Below, in pieces: positions 1 through 14,954 of a DNA stretch of 64,000 nt (the first letter of the stretch is position 1; every line of letters begins with the position of its first letter). The translations under genes and the position numbers were made by a program. This stretch comes from Geosiphon pyriformis uo1 (lineage: Eukaryota; Fungi; Glomeromycota), in contig JAAOMT010000302.1 in the NCBI GenBank assembly GCA_016748015.1, positions 62,001 to 126,000 on the forward strand. The letters are read 5' to 3'. Under the pieces are notes generated by a model. That model was given only the letters and a program-made list of their open reading frames with translations. It made no database searches and had not been told where the DNA came from.

Positions 1-46
1 CTACCTCATTAATGAGAATAAAATAAAATTTCTACGCGTAACAAAT

Positions 47-164
47 AACGAGTCGAGCGGGTCATAGGCTACTAAACTCGACTCGATTTCTTAAAAATGA
101 AAATTTTCTGAGTCGAACCGAGTCAGGCCACGACTCGACCCGATTCGACTCGTTAGGAGCCCTA
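47..164. mobile_element. Probable DNA-transposon/MITE terminus with clustered GAGTCG/CGACTC subterminal repeats
   Basis: Many GAGTCGA/TCGACTC-type units in both orientations, ending in ...TCGTTAGGAGCCCTA (reverse complement starts TAGGGCT, as in hAT-type TIRs). The other end is not in the window. Confidence 0.5.
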
Positions 165-431
165 CACTGTTGCATGTGCGTCAATACCACTTTATTAAAG
201 CATTAACAAAAGTTATTATGAAAATGAAATGACATATATTAATAATTGAGAAAGCTAAAAGGGTCACAATCATTATTGAATACATATACGCTTATTATAA
301 AAAAAATACCCAAGTCCTATTCAAAATATAAAGAATAATATTCAAGGATAAAATCATAAGCTAATTTCAAAATGTTCTAATCGTGTGTTTCTAATTCTCA
401 TTACATGACGTGTTTCGAATTACGGATAAAA

Positions 432-2523
432 TCACATCTTTACATCAAGATTAATAACCACAGTCTTCACTTCGGTATATTGATCTAATGCGTATTTACC
501 GTTTTCACGACCTATTCCGGATTCTTTATAACCACCAAAGGGCCTAATAATTGAGAAAGGGTAAGAGTTGATCGATCATAATGAATTTACAAAAAGATTT
601 GATATTCCACTTACAAATTAGGTTCGAGCAAATTAAAACAATTCACTAAATATTTTTGATAAATGTAGTCAAATCGATCAGAGGGATTCTTACCACATAA
701 AAACAACAAATAATAAATTTATGACCTACCCCACACAGTACCGGCCTTTAATGAGTTTGAGATTTTAATTGCCTGCGTAACATCTTTAGTAAAAACAGCA
801 GCAGCGAGCCCGTATTTAGTGATATGGGCTTTTTCAAGTGCTTCTTCCACGGTTTTGAATTTTGCAATTGCAACTACCGGACCAAAGATCTCTTCCTGCA
901 TGATTTTCATGTTCTCATTCTGATTGATTGATCAAGAGATGTACAAAGAGGTAGATTTATAAAAGGAGATGAAAATCCTTTTGATTGGTTGAAGCAACTC
1001 AAACACTTAAAAAACTTACCACATCGGTAAATATTGTTGGTTTAATGTAGTATCCTTCGTTGCCATGCCTCTCGCCACCCATTTCCAATGTTGCCCCTTC
1101 TTTTTTACCAATATCAATATAGTTCATAATTCTATAACAAAAACCTGAATTTTAAATCAAATTTCTAGGTAAGAAAAATTAAAGATTCAACTGTCTTACT
1201 TGTTAAACTGTAATTCAGAAATTTGAGGCCCTTGGTGAGTTTCATTATCGAAAGGATCTCCCACCTTTTTGGTCAAGACATAGTCTTTATACTGTTCCAA
1301 GAATTTATCATAGATTTTCTCTTGAACGTATACACGTGAACCGGCACAACATGTTTGACCATGATTGAAAAAGATTCCCATGTGCGCCCATTTAACGGCC
1401 TGTTCAAGATCTGCATCTTCTAAAATGATGTTTGGCGATTTACCACCTAATTCCAAACTCACTTTCTTGAGATTGCTTTCAGCAGCAGCTTTAAGAATAG
1501 ATCTCCCAACAAGTGTGGAGCCTAAGAATAAGGATTAAAATATTAATTTACAATCATCAAATTTCTGTTCTCAATTGAACTTACCTGTGAAAGCGACCTT
1601 TGGAATCTTCATGTGACTGGCGATCGCAGCACCAGCAATTTTTCCAAATCCAGGAACAACATTGACCACACCAGGAGGGAATCCAGCTTCTTTAATCAGA
1701 GCAGCTGCCTTCAAAGCACTAAGGGGGGTTTGCTCCGCAGGTTTCATGACAACAGTATTGCCGCATGCCAAAGCAGGGCCCAATTTCCATCCTAAGAGCA
1801 TCAAGGGAAAATTCCAAGCGATAATCTGTCCAACGACACCAATAGGTTCATGGCGAGTATATGTAAATTTGTCATGGGAAGTCTCGATCACCTTGAAAAT
1901 TAGGAAAATGCAAAAGGGGTTTTTTTGTGGTTTTTGATTTTACATAATTTCAAAACATATGATGAAGCGCCTTCAATACCTTTCCATGAATTTTATCAGC
2001 CCATCCTGCATAATATCGAATAGTAGTAATAATTGCTTTCACATCAATAGTTTTTGCCATCTGATACGTCTTTCCATTATCCAATGCCTCCAACTCTGCT
2101 AACTCTTCACTATCGCGTTCCAAGAGATCCGCAAATTTATTCAACAATTGCCCACGCTTCTGACCATCAAAATTTTGCCACACGTTCTCAAAAGCTTCGG
2201 TGGCCGCCTCGACAGCACGATCAATATCTTTTTCAGAAGCTTCAGCTACCGTAGTAATTACTTTTTCGGTTGCCGGATTGATTGTTTCAAAACGTTTTCC
2301 GTCAATTGCCTCCACAAATTCATTATTGATAAATAAACCCGTTTGAACTGAATAAAATTGGAAACATAGAATTGTAATGATATGTAGCAATGTTATGAGA
2401 ATTATAGTAATTATCAGGAATCCATTTAGATTCAATGACGGGAACTCTATAAGCGATATTCACACCTTTCAAAGTTTTTCCAGTCGGCAAAGTAATCTCG
2501 CGAATCAGAGAAGAATCAGACAT
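432..2523 (-). CDS. Aldehyde dehydrogenase (ALDH1/2-like), multi-exon
   Basis: Exons give [38 protein letters not shown] (catalytic Glu), [13 protein letters not shown] (catalytic Cys), [19 protein letters not shown]; ATG at 2523, TGA at 432-434. Confidence 0.95.
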
Positions 2524-4498
2524 AATAGACAGTAGAAATAAAATCCTGAGGATGATCAAAAATTAAAAGACAAGATGGCTGGTTCGATCTTTTTGTTGTG
2601 AGTGTTGTTTTATACTAAATTTTCAATTAATATCATCATAATCTTACAATTCTGGCTTTGTATACCAAATAGCTTTGCCCAGAGATTTAGATAGATCACA
2701 TCATGATAATTATTTCAATTGTCATGACATTATTCGGATTAATGATTAATTTTAACAGAATGGTTTATTATTGCAAAGATTTATTATAATTGATTGATTG
2801 TTTACTTTTGGAATTATATCACTATAACAGAAATATCTTATATGAAAAGAAAAACTTAATCTGCTGTGCATATTTTACAAACATTACGAACTCTCAAAAG
2901 AAAACATAATTCTCTTATTCTTGCTCAAAAAACATTATTTTGACAAGTTAAAAAGACTTTTAAATAATAATATATTTTATATATTTTAAACACATCAACT
3001 TATTTATAATTATTAAATTTTAAATAAATTAATTATTTTGAAGTGCCAATGTAAAAAATTGCTTGTTATAAATAAAACATTTATAATTTCTTTTAATATT
3101 ATAAATGGAATTATTTTTATAATAGAAACCTAGAATTTTACTAAATTTAGCTCAATTTTTCAGCTTAAACAAAGACATATTTGTAGTTTTTTTGCCTTAA
3201 TAAATAGTTTTATATAATAATAATAATAATATAAATAAATTATAAAATTTGTCAAAGAAAAAATGCAAAATATTATTAATTAACTTTTCATTAGAGAGAC
3301 TTTAATGTTAAAAATATCTTAAAATTGATTTTATTTTACAATTAAAGTTACTAATAATATAAAACATATAAAAAATATTAAAATTTAAAAATGTTGTAGA
3401 TGTAATAAAAAATGATGTAATTCTAAATATAAATTTTATATTTAAATATATATTAAACAAAAGACAGCAAATAATTTCTAGTTTTACGAATAATAACTTG
3501 AAAAAAAATTTAAAATTATTTCTTAATTTCAATAATTTTTATATTTTGTATTTAGTGAATTTAATTATTTTTAATTATTTTTTTATATAAAATTATAATA
3601 TTTTATCTTATTTTTATTATATAATGATAAAATAATAAATTAAATAATTATAATAAAAATAACAACAACATAACAACAACAACTACAACAACTACAATAA
3701 TAATAATAATAATAATAATAATTTTAATTGTTGTATTAATTATTACATGTATTTTTAGTTTCCAAGAATAATAAATGAGTTTTATATTAATTTAAATGAA
3801 TTAATTAATAATATTTTTCATAATACTTACTGATAACAAATATCTATTCTGTATTTTAAACTATTTTTTAAATTTTTTAGATAATTTCAAATTTAAAATA
3901 TTATTTCTTTTTTTAGTGAAATTTTGTAATTATGAATGTTATAATTTCGTGTTAATTAATTTTTTTAATAATAATTTCACAAATTTTTAGTTATTATCAA
4001 ATTGAAATTATAAATTTATCAAATTGGGTAAAAATCATAAATAAAAATCTAACTGCATATTTTGTTTCTTTGTTGATGTTCATAAAATGATTTTTCATAT
4101 GTGCAATTCATTTTATATTGACCATCTGCTTTTGTACACATGTTTATAATTTTAATAAAATTAATTTATAATCGATTTTTATGAAATTTAATAAAAAAGA
4201 ATTATACTTTTAACATAAATTCCAATGCCAGATATTTTGTGCATATTTTACAGGCATTAATAAATTTTAATTTTACTAATCTAGACATTTAATTTTAAAT
4301 ATAATATATGTTTTTTATGTATTTTTGTCGAAATTGCACGGAAATGTTAAGTACACAAATACCAACTCACCTTATGATTTCATTTTATTTTGGTGCTGAA
4401 CTTTTATTCAGTATCAGTATTTTTCTAGCATCATGTTCACTCTGCACGGTTTTATTGAAGCTTATGTTAGGTTAGAGAAACTACTTTCAGTTTTTTTT

Positions 4499-5380
4499 TA
4501 TAAAAGAATTATTTTACACATTATAATTCAGAATGGAAAGTTTTTAAAACATTTTCTTCGCTTTAGAACAATTAGAAAAATAAATCTTTATTGAATTCTT
4601 TTTATAGAAGACAATTTATCAAAAACAGTTTTTTGGGAAATATTAATAGTTTAAGTATCATGTGAATTTAATATGCAGACTTTTTAGAAAATGGGAATTA
4701 AGATTTGATTGACATAAAAATATACATGACCTTTTTAACGATTCTATTTCTGATTTAATATTTTAACGTCATAAATCTAAGGAGAAATATTTATATTTGA
4801 TTCTAGTCAAGATTTATTCTTGCATAACTGATAAAAATTAAAACCTTTTCTGTATGAAGTTATAAAGACAAAATTAGACTATAATGATTTTAGATAGATA
4901 TCTAAAATTATTATAATTTACAAAACTCTTTAATTTTATACTATTTATAAAAGCCATATTCCAAATCACTTTTTAGAAAGAACTCCTTANNNNNNNNNNN
5001 NNNNNNNNNTTGAAACACTTTAGGGATTCACAATCATATTTTCTATAGATTAAAAAGAGCATCCTACCCTCAAAAGGTGCAAAAAAGGGCACAGTTGTAT
5101 TGAGAAGAGATCATGATCAACCTTTTATGTGAAGATCGTGTGAACTAAAGATTTTCGCAGATTATCGAACTTTAGCAGGCAAACAGAGCGTGATTGAGTG
5201 TTGATTTGAACTTTTGATCAGCAATATTTATAGTCTTTCGAAAAGGAGTAATTTCTTATTGAAAACTTTAATACCTCAAATGTTAAATTCGTTTTTCTTA
5301 TTACTTTACCTAATTTATGATATTTTTTTAACACAGTTACATGTATTTATTTACATGTAGAAATAAACTTTTGAATTAAG
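4499..5380. repeat. Left copy of ~880 bp inverted repeat (contains 20-N gap)
   Basis: Reverse complement of ~14955-15853, e.g. TTGAAACACTTTAGGGATTC (5010) vs GAATCCCTAAAGTGTTTCAA (15301-15320). Confidence 0.92.
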
Positions 5381-5927
5381 ATTATGCGCTAATTTTTTTA
5401 ATTTTTTTGGTTTTTGTTTTATTGATGAAAAAATTTTGAACTTATTTTAAATTTTATGAATAAATATTATAAAAAACAATGAAAAGCATTACAATGAAAA
5501 AAAAATAAAGAATATAATTTTTTATCAAAATTAATATTGTATAAAAAACAAAAAATAATTAATGTTAATGAAAAATTTTAAAACTTTAAAAACAATAATA
5601 CAATAAAATTTTTCTTATAAATTAAAATATTATTAATTATTAATTATAAGAAAATCGATTTTTTGCAATATTTTTAAACTTATTACAAATGAATAAGAAA
5701 ACATTTAACAAAATTATTATTATTATTATTTTTATTATTATTTATTTTGAAAGAAAAATTAACTAAATAATAAAAATTTATTAATTGTAAATTTATAAAA
5801 AAATATATTAAGACTAAAAATTAAAATATCATTTAAAATAATAAATATTTTTAATTTTCAATATCTTAAACAGTAATAACATTATTAAAATATATATTTA
5901 ATAAATTTGAAAAAAAAATTTTCTTGA

Positions 5928-5960
<33 letters not shown>

Positions 5961-6264
5961 TAAAGCTCAAATAAATTGACTTTTTCCATTTAGATTAAAC
6001 TTTTCATGATTTTTATATAATAAAATTTCAAGATTTCAAAATATCAACAAAATTGAACCAATTTTATTTAATATATTCAAGATTATATAAAATAAAAATT
6101 ATGAAATTATTAAAATTTTAATTTACCCATTGTAAATTTAATTATACATATTACTCTCATTATACATGTATATTTTTTTAATTCAAAATTTTATCAAAAA
6201 TAGAAATTTCGAAATTTTATTCAAGGCGCCAATTATGCGCTTAAATGGCGGATTGATGCTTAGA

Positions 6265-6302
6265 TTTCATTTTCATTTTCATTTTCATTTTCATTTTCAT
6301 TT
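6265..6302. repeat. (TTTCA)n microsatellite
   Basis: Directly visible tandem TTTCAT units. Confidence 0.8.
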
Positions 6303-7153
6303 ATGCATCAAAGTTTGATATCATCACTAGTAGATATCAATTTTTTTGGGGCGATCAATATGATAAACTAAATAGCCGTATATTATGCATGATTCTCTGG
6401 CAAACTCTTGCATTGCATTCTATATAAAAAATCAGTCATCATATTTTTAGTCATTCTTTTTGCCCATCAAATTATAGTTTACTGTTAAATATTGAAAAAA
6501 AAAGTACGATGATGTTTGGTGTCGATTCGGAGAACACTGGTACTTTGGCTTAGGTTTTCCATCTAAATATTGTGCAAATCATTAGATAAAATTAGCAGAC
6601 TACGAATTCGTTGTTAATCGAAACTATTTTTAAAATTTAGATGACGGCAATAACAATATTTGTTCGGCGTAAAAGTTTTAACCGGTCAGTTGTGACATGG
6701 TTGTATTTTCGAAATTTTCCTTGTTTACTACTTAAAAAGTTTCTCGCACTAGTATCCGATTTAATGAACTTTAAATACCTGATTTTCCAACTTTTTAAAT
6801 AATAAGTTTTATGAATATTTTCATCATCCCATAAAAAAATTAAATGAACGTTTACTGAGCTCTATGGAGAAATATTTGGTGTTTGTTTATAATTTGAGGG
6901 TTTTTCCTCTGTTACCATGGACTAAGAATTCTATTATTTTTTAATTCTATTATCTTTTAAATCGGTTATCTTCCATTAGACCCATGATTTCTTTCTAGTG
7001 TCGTACATAATTATGAAATTTAAAAACAATTTGAAAATGGGAAATATCATCTCCTTATCTATTATGAAGATAACAAACAAACTCTTTTGAATTTAATAAC
7101 AAAAAATTTTGAAACTGAAATTAATTTTTATCGACCCTCAATAAAAGATCTAA

Positions 7154-7184
<31 letters not shown>

Positions 7185-8288
7185 AATGATGGCATGGGTT
7201 CATTTACCATTAAAAATATTAAAAATTTATTTTCAAAGTCAATCCTAATTTTTAAGTTAATTCATAAATATACTTGTCAATTGGTGATCAATTCCATCAA
7301 TTCCTAAAGTTTTCCAATCAACAAAAAATTTTAAAAAAAATAACTGCAAATTTTATATATATCGATAAAAGGTAATTTCTTGAAAATTGTCACTATAAAT
7401 TGACAGGATTTTCGCTGTGAAACGTGGAGCTCCTAATTTCCCTGTTCGTTTCGAGTTCCCAAGAAAAGTTGAGATCGTCTAGTTTGTTGGTATTTTGGTT
7501 GTCCCATGTTTTGAAATGGCTTTGACACCCCCCAAGGCTATGGCTAGCATTGGGTAGTTGAAAGAAGATGTATTTAGCAGATGTATCATGATCCTTGATA
7601 GAATTTAAAGATCAGATAATATCAGAAATTTTTGAGGTCATAATTTAAAAGCTGTCCATACCAAAATTCGTGATATATTGTCTATTTCTAAAATATTCCC
7701 TAAATTCCTAAAACTATTTTTTTTTTTTTTAAAAAAAAAAAAAGTCTCTTTTCTTTAAAACCATATGGGAATCCCCATGAATATTTTACGCCAAAAACGC
7801 AGAATGCATAAGGACAGCCCGCCAACACTAATATGTTGACAACGATAATTTGTCTCAGTTTATCACTCTAAAAACTAATTTTATTTTTGCGTCATGTTCC
7901 TATTATTTATATATATATATATATAATGTAATTTATAATAAAATCATAAAAAAAAAACCGATAAATGAAAAAATGATTCTTTTAATACTATCATAATCGG
8001 GAGGAAAAACGAGATCAACAACTCTTTTTGTACAAGTCTCCTGAGCAAGGCGGCTACCTGTTTCGGTTCAAGATCTGTGCGTCGAATGGTGAAATATTCT
8101 ATTTTTCTAAGTCGATGATTGATATTATTTTTGTAGGTGATCCCGCGTTAACTGTTAGCTTTGTTTCAATCTTGCCAACACAATGATACAAAGAATAGCT
8201 CAGGTGACACGAACTGTCGATAGTTTTAACGATTTAAAGATCCTTTTAATCCTTCCAAATTCCTCACAAAAAAAACATTACTTTTGTA

Positions 8289-8289
<1 letters not shown>

Positions 8290-8326
<37 letters not shown>
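8290..8326. repeat. (CT)n microsatellite just upstream of the Sel1 gene
   Basis: Visible CT tract; explains the SLSLSL ORF 8183-8431. Confidence 0.9.
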
Positions 8327-8328
<2 letters not shown>

Positions 8329-8433
8329 GCTCTTGTCTCTTACCTTCCTTCCTTATAATTTTTTATTTTTATTTTTATTTTTTTTAATATTTTCGTGGAG
8401 AAACGAAAAAATTAACATATTTTTCCTGTAAAA

Positions 8434-10184
8434 ATGTCCGCCACCACTCTCACCCAGAGCTCTCTCTTATTAAATATACAAAATCAACTACTATATTCAA
8501 AGACACCCATAGTTTCACCAATGTCAAAACACGAGCTCAGCATAGCTTTTGCTGAACAACATAGGAATACTATCCAAGCCAAAAGAAATCGTAAAAATAT
8601 GGCTGTTAGCCGGTTCACCGAAAAATCTCACCCGACAGCACCACTTCAAACAAAAGTAGAAACAAAGTCAGTAATGAAAAGTCTACGAAATTTGACCGGA
8701 GCAACTAACGATGAGGAGGCAATCAAACAAATTATTAACGAGGTAAGAAATTTATTTGCTTATTTTAATGAAATAATTTTACTTTTTGAATCTCACGTTA
8801 ATGATTATTTTCTTTCAGTTGAAAACCTTTCGACAAGCTGAATACTATCCCAGCATAATGAACTTTTATATGGTTACCTCAGGTTGGCAAAAAAGAAATT
8901 TCCCAAAAATCCTTCTTTAAGTTTGTTAATTTACTTATACTAATTGTACATTTATCTAAACATTTCTTTAGCATTAAGCAAATTAATGCTTATATTGCAA
9001 GGTAACACTAATCTTCGTGGTGGTTTTCCCATATTCTCAAGAAACGAGAAAATTTCATTTATGAATTATGAAGATGAAACTTCAGGAAATCATGTCGAAA
9101 AAAGCCTGGTAATTATCTTTTCTTGAAATTTTCAAAAAATTATTTTTTCTTTTGTTTAAATTTTTTACTTCTTCCCCAGATCACTTCACGACGTCGTTCA
9201 CGAAATCTTCGAAAATCTAGCCTTATATCAGTAAACGAGAAATTGACAAGCATCGTCTCGGAACCAAATATTAACCAATTACAAATCATCAAAGTCTCTG
9301 AACTTGAACATCCTTTGGTCATCGCCACACATAATGTGGTTTTTGATACTCTTTGTGAGACTGATAACATTGATAAAGTATCCTCCCGAATTCGCGAACT
9401 TTTAGAGTCCAGCCAACAACGACCCGAAAGTCTGTTTGATATTCTTTTTGTACAACAAAGGCAGCCAAAATCTTCTGCATTACTAGGTATATGCGACTTT
9501 GCAGGCATTGGAACCAGGGTCAATGTTCAACAAGCATTTGAATCATTTGAAAATTCGGCTATAGGTGGTGATAATTTGGGGCAATATCTGCTTGCTTTGT
9601 GCTTCTTTTATGGAATAGGTGTAAACAATGATTTCGAAAAAGCTTTTTATTGGTTTGAAAAGTCCGCTCAAGGTGGTAATCCATTGGGACAATCAGCTGC
9701 TGGTCTTTGCTACTTTAAAGGATGTGGTGTTACTAAAGACGATCGTAAGGCATTTCAATGGTACGCTGAATCTTCAATGAACGGTAGCCGGATGAAAAAT
9801 AGTGCCACTTCATCAGAAACTGTTCCTCGATTTGGATTTGGAACCGCACGTGATCAAGAAAAAATCTTTCACTTACATCAGACATTGGCCAATAGTGGTA
9901 ACGCAGATGGTCAGTGTGTTCTTGGTCACTGTTATCTTAAAGGTATTGGTACAAATCAGGACTTAAATCAAGCATTTAGCTGGTATCTCAAGTCAGCTGA
10001 AGCTGGAAGCATGTATGGACAATTCAACCTTGCTACCTGTTACGAATACGGCTTGGGAACATCGGTCAACTTACCTCATGCAATTCGTTGGTATCAAGCT
10101 GCTCTGATTACCGGTTATGATAATGCGGCTGCACCCCTTGAACGACTTTTGACGCAAAGAGCAGCCAAATGCTGTTATCTGTAA
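8434..10184 (+). CDS. Sel1-repeat protein with vestigial protein-kinase N-lobe; exons ~8434-8742, 8819-8882, 8972-9107, 9180-10184
   Basis: GT-AG introns join in frame; C-terminal Sel1 repeats (LALCFFYGIGVNNDFEKAFYWFEKSA, LGHCYLKGIGTNQDLNQAFSWYLKSA, LATCYEYGLGT). Confidence 0.88.
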
Positions 10185-11446
10185 AAAGTTCCTCCTTTGA
10201 CATTTGTAACGATGAATTGACTAAGCCTTTGGAGCTTTTAATCATCTCAATTTCTCATTATTCATTCTTCAAAGTACCTCGCATCATTTCATTTTAATTT
10301 TTACTCATGCATTTCTCGTTAATTTACCATGTTCTATAATTGAAGAAGAAAAAAATTAATCTTGCTGGCTGGAGCCAGCAATTAGAGATTTCGCTCATAG
10401 TCAAATTTTAAACTAGAAATTTATAGGTCATTTTTAGATTACAATCAACAACATCCTTGTTTTTAGAATAATAATTCCAACATTCTTGTTAATACTTTTT
10501 TTAATTTGACCGAAATTTTAAAGGTCACGCCTTCTCTATTCAAAAATTGTAAATTTTTTTTGTTAATAATTTTCACCCACATACTTATCAAATACTGTAA
10601 TCATGTTAAAATATCGCAGTTTTGTTCATAATAATAAAATCATTACTTTTATCACGTTATAACATCAGGAAAATCTTACATGTACCTGTATAGATATGCT
10701 TAAATTTAAAATGGTGACACCAGAACACAGCCAATGCTTTATTCTGCAAATTTAAGTTACTTTGGCATGTGGTCACGAATACGTAGCAACTTTTGTGTCA
10801 TTTGGAGTACACGAAAATCCAGGATTTTCCAAGGTTATTTACGTAATACATTTTTTTAAGCAAATAGTCAGGATTTACAATTCGAAAGAAGCTGTTACCG
10901 TCTCACAGTGTTAGGTTGCTTAATAGCCGACCTTATAAAACGAAAATAGTCAAGTGTTGGATATTTATGTCGGAGAAGTTAGATCATGCATGATAATATT
11001 AAAAAGAAACACAGGGTTTTATTGTTGCGGGTCAGCTATTAAGTTAACGAAAGAAAAATTTTTGGATTGTTTGATAAATCAAGATATGCATGTACTTTTG
11101 TTTTTCAATGCTAATTACAATTAGGCATCTATTTAGTTTCAAACAAGAAATGAAACATGATCAGGTGAAAGAAATTCTTTTCATAATTTGAAATTGAATT
11201 TAATTAGATGCATAACAATGACAATAGTTCCAAAATTATTATTATATAAAATAGGTGAAATTGGAATTCCCAAAGACCTAGAAAAGAATATATCATAAAT
11301 TAGAAATCTTCAATTTCAATTAACTGCATGAAAGGTACAATAAAAGAGAAAGAAAAGAAAAAAGAAAAAGAAAAAGATTTTCCTGAGAAGATATTCGGAT
11401 TTTCATTCGGTACTTTAAAGAGAAAGAGATTACGTTAATTAGATGC

Positions 11447-11447
<1 letters not shown>

Positions 11448-11486
<39 letters not shown>
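11448..11486. repeat. (AAT)n microsatellite
   Basis: Visible AAT tract; similar tracts near 3700 and 5930-5960. Confidence 0.9.
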
Positions 11487-14400
11487 CAGAAGGATTATGT
11501 GATAAGAAAGAGTTATTTCAAAGGATTGTAATTAAAATTTATAATACGAAATTCTTTTAATCTACTTTTTGAAATTTTTTGCTCAATCTAAATTTGATTC
11601 GAGAAAAGAGTAGTAATTTAGTGGGATTTATCTCTTTGAATATTGTAAATTGTAATCATCGAGAATACTAATCTCAGCCAAAACTTGAATATTAAATTTA
11701 AAAATGTGGTATTAGTGAAGATATATTTAAAAGAAGTGGGACAAATTGAAAACACTTGTAAAAAATCATATTTCTAAAAGATTTATGATCCGAATATTTG
11801 GACAATCAAGTTTAGGGTTGTGAAACATTGATTGTTTTTGTACCATTTAGAAAAGTATAATACAGAGTTTAAAAGGATATATTTTCCTAGAGATTTACAA
11901 GCAGATTTTACCTATCACCACACTTTTTATGATCATGAGCTTTAAATCTTTAAGCTATCTCAGCGGAGATGTGCATTGACCTCATTAGCCCCTATAACAA
12001 GCTAAACCTTAATAGAAATTTCAAAAGCTTTAGCGATAATATTGTTTCTTGATTAGGATATGAAATATGCGGATTTCCCCAGAAAATAAAATGCTGAGAA
12101 TGACGCTATTTTTTATAAAATTAATGATGCAATTTTCGTAGCGAGCAGAATGAAAATATATATGGTTTAAAAAGAACCGAGAAAAAACCTCTTCCTTGTA
12201 AAGCTAATGCTTATTGAAAATAAGACATCTTTATTAAGTTAAGTGAGAAAACTTTAAATAGAAAAGATTTCTTGCTTCGATTGTGTCATCAAAGTATCAA
12301 ATCAAGATATGATTTTCAAGTTTATTAACGAGTCTGTTAAGCCATGGGACGAATATCAATTATAAATATTCTTTTTTAATTTTTTTGGATATCATATAAG
12401 ATGTTAAGAAATTAAGTACTTTACATCATTTCCTATTTGATCCAACAAAAGTAAGTTTTTTATCATTCAAAAGGTAGAGCAGAAATGTTTATCAATGAAA
12501 AAGGGGGGAATAAAGTTTTTCTAATGTATATCAACTAAAAGGTTGTACAAATCTCCAAAATAAGAACTTTCCGTTTTTAATCGACGAAAAAAGACATCCA
12601 TTGAAGCTTTAAATCATGCATCAATAACTCGGCGTTTTGATATTAAATGATTTTTTTGTATTAAATGACTGATGTGATGATTAAGAAAATTAGTTTAAAA
12701 GTTCTTGGATTTATATCAAATATAACATATTTCAATATATAAATAAAAGAATCCAAAACTGATGAAACCGTGTGAATTTTTCAATTTATTGCATAATTCC
12801 GGAAAGCTTTATGTGTGTACTTGAAGCAAAAGTATCTTTCTTAATTAAAAAAGCTTTTGAATTAAATCACTATTTATGCTTGTCACCAATAAGTTTGCTA
12901 CTTATTTCATTTTCACTAAAATAATTGCTTTTACAATTCTTTAAGGTATGAACTCCTTATTTTGAAAGCTATCAACAAAATTTTTTGTCTTCTTAAGAAG
13001 AATAGAAATAAAAAATTAGAGTTTAAAGTTCCAAAATTTTAAATTCTCTTGGTTGGAATTAAAATATTTTTGAACTGTACAATCCAATTATATTCATTCG
13101 GAGATGACTATCTGAGATTTCGGTTAAGAATATTCTCAAAGATAGAAATTCCCGGAGTTGTAATTTTCGGACTTTTAGATAAGGTTTTAGAATTTTTTTC
13201 TGATTTCCCAAATTACGCCTTATGACATAGAAATAAAAAATTTTCCCTGGGAAAAAAAATCAAGCAGAGCTTTCGAACTTTATCTTAGAATCGAATAGTT
13301 TGAAAATCGTAGAGGAGACATTGCCCAAAATTCGGATGGGAAATCTGTTTGGTTTCATTGTATTTTTTTTTATTGTAATTGAGTTCAATTTATATTTTAT
13401 TACGAAATTCCGTTAACAACCATCCAATCTGGAAACTTGCTTAAAATTCGAAATCAACATCAATTAAACTAACCTCACCATGCAGACAAAATTTTAAACA
13501 CCCAATATTTGACATATTAGCAAAAAAGAACATTTTTTTGAGCTGAATAAATCAGTAATAATGAGATAAAATGGCCATAAAACAAAATTCAAAGTAAAAG
13601 ATGCAAACACCTTTAAGTTTTTTGAGAGAAATTGTGATGCAATCTTTGCTAAAAATTTAACACCTGAATATACAATTTATGATATGTAATTTGAAAGAAT
13701 AAAATTCATCATAATATCTGAGAAAGAGAACTTTTCTTATATTTTAAAATTACCATTACCATTACCGCATTATTTAAAAAAAAAACTTGTTTGTTTTGTA
13801 AACAGTTTATATCATTATATGTAAATTATATCATGCGGAATAAACAAGCATAAAAATAATAAAACTGGGAAAATTAAGAAAAACAACAAATAATGACAAA
13901 TCTTTGTTTTATTAAAACTGTTGGAATCGAATAAATTAACGAGAATCTTTTTGTTTTATTCAATAATTTAATTATTTGCAAAAAAATACCGAATATTTAA
14001 AATTTAGAATATCCAAATATTAAGTCTGTTATATTATGTTTTTTGGTTGAAAATGAATGAAATAAGTTTTTATTTAAAAAAAATTGCATTAGAAGATACT
14101 GTTATTTGAGCTATCTTGTAACTATATTTTTAAAAGCTCCATAAAATTATATTTTTATATTTTTAATTATATAGAAGCAAAGCATTAAATTTTATTTTTA
14201 GAAAAAAAAAATTAATAAATAGTTTACAATTTACTGAAAATTGATGATTTATATTTTATTGCCATTTCTCAAGTTTTTGAAAATATTTTCACCTATCTAA
14301 GATTTTTTTTAATTTTTGAAACGAATACATTCAAAAATTAATGTTTTTATCGTACATAATTTTTAATAATTATTAGTCTTTAAAACAAATTAAAGTGCTA

Positions 14401-14954
14401 AAAATCAAATTTATATGTTTTTAAAAAACAAAAAATTTAACCAAAAATTCAAAATATATTTATATATTTAACTTTTTTTTTTAAAACTATTTGTATTAAT
14501 GTTATAATTTTAGTTTATATACAATGTATCAATATATTACAAATTATTTTTATAAATGCAAAAATAAATAAATTGATTGTATATAATTAATTAAATTTAT
14601 AATATTATTCTTGTTAAAGTATTTTTTATTATATTTTAATCAATTGTTAAACTACAATTAAATATAATTGATTGTAAAACTTAGTTAAAAAAATATAATA
14701 AAAGAACTGCGACAAATTTTAAAATTATAATAATAAAAGTTGTAATTAATAATGAATTATTAATAAAACGAATTATTAATTTATTTAACAATCAAATTTT
14801 TTATTTTTTGTTAATAAATGATGTATACTATTAATATTATATCAGACTGGTATAATATTTGTTTATAATTTCTATAAATAAATTAAAACAGTGTATTTTT
14901 TGTTTTTTAAAAAATTGTCATCAAATTTTGGCTTAGTTTCCAGTCTAATCTAAT

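Noticed and set aside
3308-3532. 74 aa ORF in AT-rich DNA
   Set aside because: F/I/K/N-rich composition expected by chance; no motif.
7716-7743. Poly-T/poly-A palindrome
   Set aside because: Low complexity; similar tracts occur elsewhere (e.g. ~60940).
8183-8431. 82 aa ORF with SL repeats
   Set aside because: Produced by the CT microsatellite and T-tracts in the probable 5' region of the Sel1 gene.
10700-13500. Possible decayed coding DNA (e.g. EIGIPKDLEK near 11260)
   Set aside because: Only one short Sel1-like fragment; could not reconstruct a gene by eye.
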